Shown here piece by piece: positions 36,439-45,228 of a stretch of 64,000 bases of DNA. The position numbers and the translations under genes are program-made. The first letter of the stretch is position 1. Each line of letters starts with the position of its first letter. The stretch covers positions 1,231 to 65,230 of the forward strand of contig QHTE01000056.1 in NCBI GenBank assembly GCA_003220685.1. Reading direction: 5' to 3'. The notes under the pieces are model-generated. The model ran no database searches. It had not been told where the DNA came from and worked only from the letters and a program-made list of their open reading frames with translations. The DNA comes from Candidatus Rokuibacteriota bacterium (GTDB taxonomy: Bacteria > Methylomirabilota > Methylomirabilia > Rokubacteriales > CSP1-6).

Positions 36439-37995
36439 ATGGACCGACATAAGCGCCAGATCGCGGCCGGCGCGCTCGCGCTGATCCTGGCCGCGTCGAC
36501 GTACTTGCTCGCGGCGCCCGAGACACGCGCGGAGGCTCCGGCGGGTCAGATCACCTGGGCGCTTCACTTCACCCTGGCGCCGACACTGTTCGAGCCCGCC
36601 GAAACGCCGGGGCTCATCACGCCCTTCCTGGTGCTGTATGCGCTCCACGACGCGATGCTGAAGCCGATGCCGGGCAAGAGCGTGGCGCCGAGCCTGGCCG
36701 AGTCGTGGACGATGTCGCCGGACGGCCTCGTCTACGAGTTCGTCCTGCGCAAGGGCCCGCGATTCCACAGCGGTGAGCCCGTGACGGCCGAGGACGTCAA
36801 GTTCTCGTTCGAGCGCTACCGCGGCATCTCCGCGAAGCTGCTGAAGGACAAGGTGGCCGCGGTCGAGACGCCGGATCCGGCTCGCGTTCGCTTCCGGCTC
36901 AAGCAGCCGTGGCCCGACTTCATGACGTTCTACGGCACGCCCGCCACGGGCGCCGGCTGGATCGTCCCCAAGAAATACGTCGAGAAGGTGGGCGAGGAGG
37001 GCTTCAAGAAGCATCCGATCGGCGCCGGGCCGTATCGCTTCGTCTCGTTCAATCCCGGCGTCGAGCTCGTGCTCGAGGCCTTCGACGGCTACTGGCGCAA
37101 GGCGCCCAGCGTGAGGCAGCTCTCGTTCAAGGTGGCCACGGACATTTCCACGCGGCTGGCTATGCTCAAGCGCGGCGAGGCCGACATCGCCTACGCGATC
37201 ACCGGCCCGCTCGGCGAGGAAGTCCGGCGCACCCCGGGGCTCACGCTGAAGTCGACTCCGTTCTCGAGCACCCACTGGCTCGTCTTCGCCGATCAATGGG
37301 ACGCGAGCTCACCCTGGCACGACCGCCGCGTGCGCCTCGCCGCGACCTACGCGGTCGACCGCCAGGCGATCAACCAGGCGGAGACCCTCGGGTTCTCGAA
37401 GATCACCGGGAGCTTCATCCCGGCCAGCTTCGAGTTCTACTGGCAGCCGCCGATCTATCAGTACGACCCCGCGAAGGCCCGGCAGCTCCTCACGGAGGCC
37501 GGGTACCCCAAAGGCTTCGACGCCGGAGATTTCTGGTGCGACGCGGGGGCCACCAGTTTCTGCGAGCCGGTGCAGAACTATCTCCAGGCGGCCGGCATCC
37601 GGACGAAGCTCCGCCCGCTGGAGCGCGCGGCGTTCATGAAGGCCTATCAGGAGAAGAAGCTGAAGAACATCATCTACGGCCTGAGCGGCGTCTCCGGCAA
37701 CGCGGCCACGCGGATCGAGGCGTTCACCGCCTCGAGCGGCTCGTACGCCTACGGCGGCTATCCCGACATCGACGGGCTCTTCCGTGAGCAGGCGACCGAG
37801 CTCGACGCGAAGAAGCGCGAGGTGATTCTGCATCGCATCCAGCAGCTGATCCACGACAAGGTCATGTACCTGCCGATCTGGCAGCTCTCACTTCTCCAGG
37901 CCCACGGTCCGCGGATCGCCGAGTCCGGGCTCGGCCTCATCGCGGACTATCCGTGGTCGGCGCCGTACGAGGAGCTCAAGCTCAAGGCGAAGTGA
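36439..37995 (+). CDS. ABC transporter substrate-binding protein, family 5
   Basis: Signal peptide; PSLAESW, FHSGEPVTAEDVKFS, GAGPY, DRRVR. Confidence 0.92.
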   Translation: MDRHKRQIAAGALALILAASTYLLAAPETRAEAPAGQITWALHFTLAPTLFEPAETPGLITPFLVLYALHDAMLKPMPGKSVAPSLAESWTMSPDGLVYEFVLRKGPRFHSGEPVTAEDVKFSFERYRGISAKLLKDKVAAVETPDPARVRFRLKQPWPDFMTFYGTPATGAGWIVPKKYVEKVGEEGFKKHPIGAGPYRFVSFNPGVELVLEAFDGYWRKAPSVRQLSFKVATDISTRLAMLKRGEADIAYAITGPLGEEVRRTPGLTLKSTPFSSTHWLVFADQWDASSPWHDRRVRLAATYAVDRQAINQAETLGFSKITGSFIPASFEFYWQPPIYQYDPAKARQLLTEAGYPKGFDAGDFWCDAGATSFCEPVQNYLQAAGIRTKLRPLERAAFMKAYQEKKLKNIIYGLSGVSGNAATRIEAFTASSGSYAYGGYPDIDGLFREQATELDAKKREVILHRIQQLIHDKVMYLPIWQLSLLQAHGPRIAESGLGLIADYPWSAPYEELKLKAK

Positions 37996-38001
37996 CGCAT
38001 T

Positions 38002-39357
38002 CTAGTCCGCGAAGAGCTTCTGCCACCACGGGCGGTTGTCGGGCTTGACCTCGCCGAGGGGACCGATCTTCCGGCGCACGTCTTCGATGGGCCAGCCGGT
38101 GAGCGAAGAGAGGTTCGCGGCCTCTCGCTCGGCGCGGACGCGAAGCGCTTGACGATAGCGCTCGGCGGCCTCGCACTTCACTTCTCCCTTCCACGGGTGG
38201 TGCAGGATGTAGCGTCCCTGGAAGTTGGCGCGATCGACGGTTTCCTGGAAGACGAGATCCTCGGGAAAGCTCGTCGCGTCGTAGCGGACGTGGAGACGAG
38301 TCATGAAGACGTCGACCGGCCCGCCCGGGCGAATGCGCCGCGGGTCAGGAGCACCGCCGGCGCCATTCTCGGCGAGCCAGAAGACGCCGAGCTTGCGGAG
38401 CTCCTCCGGGGAGAGCGGATCGGCGGCGCACGGATCGCACCAGCTCATGTCCCAGGCGTATTCGAGGAAGACCGCGCGCATGGATTCGCGCTTCACCTGC
38501 TCGGCGAACATGGCTCGATAGAACTGGGGGAACTCGTCCTTGACGTAAAGGGGCAGCTCCGAGCCGGTTGGCAGCCGCACCGTGCGATAGTTCGTCGTCT
38601 CCACCCGGCCCTTGCGCGTCAGCGCGAAGACGAACAGCTCTTGAGGTCCGTCGGCGTTCAGCGTGCCCAGCCTGATGGGCAACATGAACTTCGGTGACTC
38701 GAAGGCCATCTGGAGCGGGCGCAAGTACGTGAAGCCGAGCCGGGCCTGCTCCTTGAGATTCACGCGGGCCACGAAGAACTTCATCCCTTGCTTCAGGTAG
38801 CTGCCGAGCACGGCCGAAGCCCCGGTGGGCAGGCGATAACCGCCGTCGCGCAGCCAGGCCTCGAGGCCGGCGCTTTCCTTGGCCGACAGGATCAGGATGT
38901 CGTACTCGCCGACCGTGTATTGGGCCTCGATGGTCACGCCGAGGCTCTTGGCGCGCTCGGCCATCCTGTCCTGCGCCGCCAGCTCCCGTAGAGTGGCCCC
39001 CCGAGAATAGTATTGGATGTGGGGCCGGCACGGGTCGTCGTCGAAATACTCCACGAGCCGGGGGGCCGAGTACGCGTCGAGATGCTCGATCACGGCGCGA
39101 TCGCCGACCCGGATCTGCCCTTTCTCTAGAATTGTCGGCACGGGCACCACGATGGCGAACTCCTTGGGATCGCCCTTGAAGTCGTTGGCCATCGTGATGA
39201 CGGTCTTGTTCTCGTGGCGGACCAGGACCACCTGCGAAGCCTGGTTAAACAGCTTCGTGTCGGCCCTGGCCACGTAGAATCCGCAGAACGCCAGGGCCGT
39301 GGCCGCCGCGAGCGCGACGGTGAGGACTGTAGTCACGACAATCGCCGCGAGCTTCAT
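38002..39357 (-). CDS. DUF2330-domain exported protein
   Basis: Signal peptide then FCGFYVA..LFNQASQV, EFAIVVPVP, SAPRLVEY, WCDPC; ATG overlaps the upstream stop. Confidence 0.8.
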   Translation of the reverse strand: MKLAAIVVTTVLTVALAAATALAFCGFYVARADTKLFNQASQVVLVRHENKTVITMANDFKGDPKEFAIVVPVPTILEKGQIRVGDRAVIEHLDAYSAPRLVEYFDDDPCRPHIQYYSRGATLRELAAQDRMAERAKSLGVTIEAQYTVGEYDILILSAKESAGLEAWLRDGGYRLPTGASAVLGSYLKQGMKFFVARVNLKEQARLGFTYLRPLQMAFESPKFMLPIRLGTLNADGPQELFVFALTRKGRVETTNYRTVRLPTGSELPLYVKDEFPQFYRAMFAEQVKRESMRAVFLEYAWDMSWCDPCAADPLSPEELRKLGVFWLAENGAGGAPDPRRIRPGGPVDVFMTRLHVRYDATSFPEDLVFQETVDRANFQGRYILHHPWKGEVKCEAAERYRQALRVRAEREAANLSSLTGWPIEDVRRKIGPLGEVKPDNRPWWQKLFAD

Positions 39358-40250
39358 ACGAGCTTCCTTTCCCCCGGGTGGGCGGTCGCTGCCGGCCACC
39401 GAAAGCGCGGGCCCGGCAGGAACCGGTCGATCAACGGCACGGAGAGCGAGCAGACCGCCAGCGACCACAAGAGGCCGTTGGTCCGAAACAGCCAGAACTG
39501 AACCGTATACGCCCCCAGCGCCACCAGCGCAGCGAACAGGACGCGTCCGAGTCTCGAATCCGGCGTCGTCCGTGGATCGGAGATCATGAAGAACGAGAAC
39601 AGCACGAGGGCGCCGTTCTCGAGCCGATGCAGCGGGATGGCGAGCGGCTCCCCGAGCCAGAGCGAGCGTCCGATCAGCAGGCCCGCGTAGCACGCGAGGA
39701 AGGCCAGGGTGACGTCGGCGCGGGCCGCGCGATTCACGACCAGGGCTCCAGCCGACGCCAGCAGGAACGCGAAGACGATGCCGCTGCCCCACTGGCCGGG
39801 CGACACCCATACGTCCTGCGCGAAGAGCAGCATCGCGACCAGCGCGAAGTTGGTCGGGTTGAAAACGTGCTTGTCCCTTATGCGCAGCGTGAACTTACTG
39901 GCGATAGCGGTGATGGCGGCGAGAACGGCCAGGCTCGGTACACCCGTGCGCATCAGGAGGCAAAGCGAGAGCCCGGAGATCAGCGCGCTGCGTGGATCGA
40001 AGGGGCCTCGGCCGGCCAGTCGCGTGCATACGAGCTGGGTGACGAGCGCGCTGAGAACGATCGTCACCGCGGTCTGGGGCTGGACCTCGAGATCCAGCCA
40101 CCAGATGCCGTAGCCGAGGAGGCCCGCCAGCGTGGCGATCTGGTAGAGCCGAGGATCCCAGCGGGGCGCCGTCGGGGCGGGAAGCACCCCGACGGTCGCC
40201 GTCGCTGAGACGGGTAGGGCTTCGGCCTCTACCAAGGCCAGGCGATTCAT
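39354..40250 (-). CDS. RnfD/NqrB-like integral membrane protein (stand-alone)
   Basis: DPRLYQI, SALISGLSLCLL, SKF...KHVFNPTNF, FFMISDPRTTP. Confidence 0.8.
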   Translation of the reverse strand: MNRLALVEAEALPVSATATVGVLPAPTAPRWDPRLYQIATLAGLLGYGIWWLDLEVQPQTAVTIVLSALVTQLVCTRLAGRGPFDPRSALISGLSLCLLMRTGVPSLAVLAAITAIASKFTLRIRDKHVFNPTNFALVAMLLFAQDVWVSPGQWGSGIVFAFLLASAGALVVNRAARADVTLAFLACYAGLLIGRSLWLGEPLAIPLHRLENGALVLFSFFMISDPRTTPDSRLGRVLFAALVALGAYTVQFWLFRTNGLLWSLAVCSLSVPLIDRFLPGPRFRWPAATAHPGERKLV

Positions 40251-40357
40251 GATTGCTTAGACAGATCATCGCTACCGAAGTTCCCGAGGGCGCTCTATTT
40301 GCGTGTCCCCCGGGCGGGTAGTACAAGTAGACGACTCATGGTCCCGGCGCCGCCACG

Positions 40358-41416
40358 ATGAGGGAAGTCAACGTCCTCGTCATCCAGCCCATCGCGGACG
40401 AGGAGCTCGCCTATATCGCGCGGCTCGACTCGCGGCTCCGCGTCGTCGACGCCCGCGGCTGGTTCGACGAGGAGATCCGGCAAACCTGGCCGCAGTGGAG
40501 CGTGGAGCGCTACCTGGGAAAGCGTTCCTGTCCGCCGAGCACGCGCCAGGACCGCGACCACCTCCTGGCTCAGGCCGAGGTGATCCTGGGCGGCTGGCCC
40601 TTTCCGCTCGATCTGCGGGCGCGCTCGCCACGGCTGCGGTGGTTTCATCAACGCCCGGCCGGCGCCAGCAATTTGCTGCGCGGCGATCTCTGGGGCAGCG
40701 ACGTCATCGTCACCACATCGCGCGGCCAGGGCAACACCGGAGCCATGGCCGAGTATGTCCTGGCCTGTTTTCTCCACTTTGCCCGCGGGCTGCATCGGGC
40801 CTACCGCGACCGACAGCGTCAGCGCTTCGAGCACGGCAGCTATCGACCGATCCTGATCGAGGGCAAGTCCGTCTGCGTCGTCGGAGCCGGGGGGATCGGG
40901 CAGGCGGTCGGACGCCTGTGCGCCGGCGCGGGGATGCGCGTCGTCGGCACGCGACGGCACGTTTCCCCGGGTGACGCGTTGCCCTCGGGATTCAGCCGCC
41001 TCGAAGGTCCCGAGCACCTCCGTTCGCTGCTCGGTGAGAGCGACTTCGTGGCCGTCTGTTGCCAGTGGACTCCGGAAACGACTCGTCTGATCGGTCGCGC
41101 GGCGTTCGAGGCCATGCGCCCGGGGACGGTGCTGGTCAACGTCGCCCGCGGCGAGATCCTCGACGAGGAGGCGCTGATCGCCGCGCTCGCGACGGGCAAG
41201 CTGCGCGGCGTCGGGCTCGACGTCTACGTGGGGGAGTTCGAGCACGCCCCCGATCCGCGCCTCTGGCAGGACGAGCGCGTGTTGATCACGCCGCACGTCT
41301 CCGGCGGCACCGACGTGGCGCAGCATCGCGGTGTCGACGTGTTCTCGGACAACCTGCACGCGTACCTGGACGGGCGGCCCCTCGCCAACGTGATCGAGTG
41401 GGCGCGGGGCTACTGA
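40358..41416 (+). CDS. D-isomer-specific 2-hydroxyacid dehydrogenase
   Basis: VVGAGGIG, LVNVARG, GLDVYVGE, ITPHVSG. Confidence 0.9.
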   Translation: MREVNVLVIQPIADEELAYIARLDSRLRVVDARGWFDEEIRQTWPQWSVERYLGKRSCPPSTRQDRDHLLAQAEVILGGWPFPLDLRARSPRLRWFHQRPAGASNLLRGDLWGSDVIVTTSRGQGNTGAMAEYVLACFLHFARGLHRAYRDRQRQRFEHGSYRPILIEGKSVCVVGAGGIGQAVGRLCAGAGMRVVGTRRHVSPGDALPSGFSRLEGPEHLRSLLGESDFVAVCCQWTPETTRLIGRAAFEAMRPGTVLVNVARGEILDEEALIAALATGKLRGVGLDVYVGEFEHAPDPRLWQDERVLITPHVSGGTDVAQHRGVDVFSDNLHAYLDGRPLANVIEWARGY

Positions 41417-41546
41417 GTGGGCGCGAGCGGTTGACACGATAACCATCCCTCGCCTAGAGTCGGCGCGATCCTTCGAGACTCAAATGTTCGGCTCCCGGAG
41501 GAGAGTGCGCCTCGGTCCCATCGAAGGTCTATCCCGGAGGACGGCC

Positions 41547-42110
41547 ATGAGCGACAACGGTGGTATGACTCCGGCCCGGAGGACAACAGCAGTCAATCGG
41601 CGGGACTTCATGCGGGTCGCGGGCGCGTCGACCATTGGCGTGGCCATCACCGACATGATCGGGCCGGCAACCGCCGCCGCTCCGGACCATGCCGGCGGGC
41701 AGGTCCGAGAATTCATCCGCAAGGTCAAGGCGGCTCGCCTCTTCGATCTCTCCCCCGTCTGGGATGAGAACTCGCCGATCGCGAGCGTCAATCCCCCGTA
41801 CGCCATGGAGTTGAACAAGACTCACGCGTTCGCGACCGTCGATCCGACCCGAGGTACCCGGGACACGTTCGGCGACGGCGGCCAGCTCTCGTTTACCTCC
41901 GAGGTGCAGCATTTCAGCGGCCAGCACGGTGCGCCGAGCCTCGATGCCATCGGTCATATTGGACGCAATGGGTTCCTCTTCGGCCACGTCGACGCGGCGG
42001 CCGCGACGAGTGATCTCCGAGGCATCGGCCGGAGCGGAGTCGGGGCCCACGTGTTTACCAGAATGCCGCGACCAACGCGCTCGGAGCTCTCGTGGTTGGT
42101 CGCATCGTGA
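41547..42110 (+). pseudogene. Tat-exported cyclase (kynurenine-formamidase-like) family protein, 3'-truncated near 42050
   Basis: RRDFMR twin-arginine signal; FDLS, SGQHGAPSLDAIGHIG; the C-terminal half of the fold is missing. Confidence 0.65.
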
Positions 42111-42559
42111 AGAGAGACGGCTCCGGCGCGCCCATTAACCTGAAGGAGATCGGGTCGGGGTTGGACGAGATCGAACGCACGAACTTCAGCACGACCCATG
42201 CGGGGAGCAATGGAGCAGGTAGTGTGCTGAAGGTGGACGATCACGACTGGAGCCCGGCCCTGAACGATTCGTGGTTAATGGGCGGCATCCATGCTCGCTT
42301 TGACTTCTACGTAGCGTCACCCCGGACGGAGCAAAACATTCTCGATCCGACGTACGCGGCCACGGTGACGGGTCGAGAGCTGCTGGGGCTGACCACCTTC
42401 GGCTATACGCTGCATCCCAATACCAGGCTTGGGGAGGTGTATGTCTGCACCGATCAGGCCTGCGCGCTGAGGGCCAGCTTCGTCGCCTATCAGAAGGCCT
42501 TCGATTCGGCCAAATCGAGTGGCGGATTCAGCAAGCTGGTGAAGAGAGACGCGAGCTAG
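42050..42559 (+). pseudogene. Probably 5'-truncated hypothetical protein (toxin-domain-like motif pattern)
   Basis: Coding-like frame runs back to ~42050 (RVYQNAATNALGAL) without an RBS; WSPALNDSWLMGGIH, FYVASPR, TVTGRELLGL..FGY. Confidence 0.45.
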
Positions 42560-42581
42560 CCGTGGGGATTGAAGCCCGTTC

Positions 42582-42603
42582 GTGTATCGTAAGTGCCTGA
42601 CGC
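42582..42603 (+). repeat. 22-bp direct repeat, copy 1 (GTGTATCGTAAGTGCCTGACGC)
   Basis: Identical to 44559-44580. Confidence 0.9.
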
Positions 42604-42672
42604 CCGCCCGGGCGGGACGACGCCCAGGGCCCGCCACAACTCCTGCGTGTCTCCGACGATCGGCGGTAGAGC

Positions 42673-43065
42673 CTACGGCTTGAGGGCCAAGATCCCCACG
42701 ATGCCCACGAGGCGTGACGGGTCGATCGGCTTCGCGATGTGATACTGGAACCCCGCCCTCAAGATGCGCGCCCGGTCTTCGGGACTGGCGGACCCCGTGA
42801 GGCAGGCAGCTGGCGTCAGGCCACCCCGGTCCGGCGCGAGTGCGCGAACCCTGCCTATGAGCCAGTAGCCGTTCTTCTCCGGCATCTCGAGGTCGCTGAG
42901 GAGCACATCCGGTCGTAATCGCTCCAGGAGATCGAGGGCGTGTTCGGCGGTGCCGACCGCCGTCACCCTGGCGCCATGCTGCTCCAGCAGTTGGGTGAGA
43001 ATCTCGCGAATCTCGGACGAATCGTCGACGACGAGCACGTGGACCGAAGGGAGCCGTTGATCCAT
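42673..43065 (-). CDS. Single-domain response regulator (receiver)
   Basis: VLVVDD, PDVLLSDLEMP..NG, LTG, HIAKP. Confidence 0.88.
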   Translation of the reverse strand: MDQRLPSVHVLVVDDSSEIREILTQLLEQHGARVTAVGTAEHALDLLERLRPDVLLSDLEMPEKNGYWLIGRVRALAPDRGGLTPAACLTGSASPEDRARILRAGFQYHIAKPIDPSRLVGIVGILALKP

Positions 43066-43079
43066 CGAGCCCTGGTCCT

Positions 43080-43487
43080 CTAGAAGGCGTCCGCAAACGT
43101 CTTGCCGACGGCGGCAACGACGTCCGCGACGCCGTAGGGCTCCCCGAAGATGATCTCGACGACGCCGGACGCTCCCACCGCCGCTTCGAGCGCCTTCTTG
43201 TCGGTGGTCGTGAGCACCCACGTCGCCGCTTTGAGCGAGTCGGTCTCCTTCAGGAGCCGGAGAAAGTTCCAGTGGGTTTCGTACGGGCGCGGCAAGTCAT
43301 AGACGATCAGTTCAGGCTTGTGGAGATGAACGAAGGCGAGCAGATCCAGCACCCCGTTCTGAATATCGGCGAGGTGGGCGCAGGCCGTGGTGAATCCGTC
43401 GGCTTCAAGGGCCAAGCGAAGGGCCTCGATGAAGTCCGGCCGTGAATTGAAGATCGCCACGCGGTGTGCCGTTCTAGACTTGGCCAT
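43080..43487 (-). CDS. Atypical receiver-domain protein
   Basis: Receiver topology (VAIFNS, PELIVYDL, VLTT, FGEPY) lacking the acidic pair and the conserved Lys. Confidence 0.65.
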   Translation of the reverse strand: MAKSRTAHRVAIFNSRPDFIEALRLALEADGFTTACAHLADIQNGVLDLLAFVHLHKPELIVYDLPRPYETHWNFLRLLKETDSLKAATWVLTTTDKKALEAAVGASGVVEIIFGEPYGVADVVAAVGKTFADAF

Positions 43488-44003
43488 GTCAGGTGTTCCT
43501 TTCCCCGCGCGGAGCCTCGGGTAGGCGCATTCAGCGGGCGAGCTCGGTCCAAAACGTCCTGCGAGAGCCTAAGGAGGGCTTGCGTCTTCCTCTCAAACGC
43601 CCTCCTCCTTCTATATCTTTTACAATTTATATAATATATGGTTCGGGAGTCAAGGTAGATCGAACCCGTGTTTGGGCGCGGTCACGTTTTCGCCACTATT
43701 TCCAATCATTTCCGGGCGGTTATGACTCGAAATCGATAACGTCGTCCTCTTCACGACGGACTTTCGCCCAGGCCAGGATTGATGAGAGTAGGCGCAAGCC
43801 GGCGCCAACCGTCCAGCTTGGGCTCGGCGATGTAGGCGCCGTCTGCCAGCCTGGAGAGGTTGGTCAGGCGAGTTCAGTCCCGCACCGATGACACGGTTGC
43901 ATGAGACACGATGCCACTGCGGCATCTCTGTACGGAATTTCTGCGGGAGTATTGGGGATGCGCCTGGCCCTGCCGTTGCACAGTCGAGCGGTAGGAGGCG
44001 TCC

Positions 44004-44447
44004 ATGGCGAAACGAAGCTTGCTTATCACTGTATTCGCGGTATCAGCACTCGCCTCGGTCCCGAACACCGAGGCCGTCGCTGGTGATGTGAACGTCGGGG
44101 TCCATATCGGCATCCCAGTACCGCCGCCGCCGAAAATTGCCTTGCCAGCGCCTCCGGCCGTCGTCGCCGTACCGAACACGACGGTCTCGTACGCTCCAAG
44201 CGTAGACTTCAACCTCTTCGTCTATGGCGGTCGGTACTACACCTTCCACGACGGCTCATGGTTTTACGCCACCCGCCACAGCGGTCCCTGGGTCTTCATT
44301 CCAACCGAGCGAGTGCCGCGGCCGGTCGTTGGAGTGCCAATGAAGTACTACAAGGTTCCGCCCGGCCATGCGATGAAGACGGCGCAGCCGCCAGGAGCGT
44401 CCGGCGGGTTCTGCCCTCCAGGCCAAGCAAAGAAAGGGCGGTGCTAG
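44004..44447 (+). CDS. Secreted Pro/aromatic-rich protein with PPGQAKK motif
   Basis: RBS aggagg; signal peptide; DVNVGVHIG, YY..HDGSWF..SGPW, VPPGH...CPPGQAKKGRC. Confidence 0.75.
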   Translation: MAKRSLLITVFAVSALASVPNTEAVAGDVNVGVHIGIPVPPPPKIALPAPPAVVAVPNTTVSYAPSVDFNLFVYGGRYYTFHDGSWFYATRHSGPWVFIPTERVPRPVVGVPMKYYKVPPGHAMKTAQPPGASGGFCPPGQAKKGRC

Positions 44448-44558
44448 CTCAGCGACGCGTGCCGCAACAGGTCAGCGTCCGCTTCTTCTGGCGTGACCCA
44501 GCGAATGGAGCCGCTGAACTAGCCCGTAACCAGCCCGCCGTCAGTTGGCCCGTCGCTG

Positions 44559-44580
44559 GTGTATCGTAAGTGCCTGACGC
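44559..44580 (+). repeat. 22-bp direct repeat, copy 2, abutting and overlapping the tRNA-Arg 5' end
   Basis: Identical to 42582-42603; preceded by aactagcccg/aaccagcccg repeats at 44517-44537. Confidence 0.9.
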
Positions 44581-44656
44581 GCCTGTAGCTCAGATGGACC
44601 AGAGCATCGGACTTCTAATCCGAGGGTCGCAGGTTCGACTCCTGCCAGGCGCACCA
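44579..44656 (+). tRNA. tRNA-Arg (TCT)
   Basis: GCGCCTG...TCGGA-CTTCTAA-TCCGA...GGTTCGACTCC...CAGGCGC-ACCA. Confidence 0.96.
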
Positions 44657-44869
44657 TCACCGACAGCTGCTTCGCGATGAGCACGCGTCACTCCTCTAGC
44701 ATGCAGTCGGCGAATACGTGATACGCTCTCTGGCGTCGGCTCCTTCCTGTCCGTGACGGCGAGTCCAGGTCGCGAGAGCCATCGTGTTCGGAGCACCGTC
44801 TGCATCGCAGCACGGATCTCACATTGGGCGTCCGTCCAAGACGCCGATGAAAGGCGAAAACGAAGACGC

Positions 44870-45088
44870 ATGAGCAAAGAAGACGCAATCGAGGTGCAGG
44901 GCAAGGTGGTCGAGCCGCTGCCGAACGCGATGTTCCGGGTGGTGATGGAGAATGGCCACAAGGTCCTGGCCCACGTGTCGGGCAAGATGCGAATGCACCG
45001 TATCCGGATCCTGCCCGGCGACACGGTCACGATGGAGCTGTCGCCTTACGACCTGACCCGCGGTCGGATCACGTACCGGTTCAGGTAG
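44870..45088 (+). CDS. infA: Translation initiation factor IF-1
   Basis: [50 protein letters not shown]. Confidence 0.97.
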   Translation: MSKEDAIEVQGKVVEPLPNAMFRVVMENGHKVLAHVSGKMRMHRIRILPGDTVTMELSPYDLTRGRITYRFR

Positions 45089-45228
45089 GAGTCGACGGCC
45101 AGCGGCGCATCGGCGCATTCTGGTGCGGTCGTGGGTCCATGCGCGCGATGTCGATCGCGCCGCCCGATCAATCCTCTCGCGGTGCCACTGAGGACTGAGC
45201 GAAGCACACCTGCTGCTATGCTGTGGCG

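Noticed and set aside
36334-37296. N-terminal extension of the 1393-aa cyclase ORF
   Set aside because: It is the antisense of the SBP gene; the real protein starts at the zinc ribbon (ATG 36333). The same applies to extended starts at 8082, 11894, 18921, 27375, 39810, 48850 and 56255.
44843-44865. CCGATGA...GAAA resembling a hammerhead ribozyme core upstream of infA
   Set aside because: The core is CCGA rather than CUGA, and no stem II can form between the two segments.
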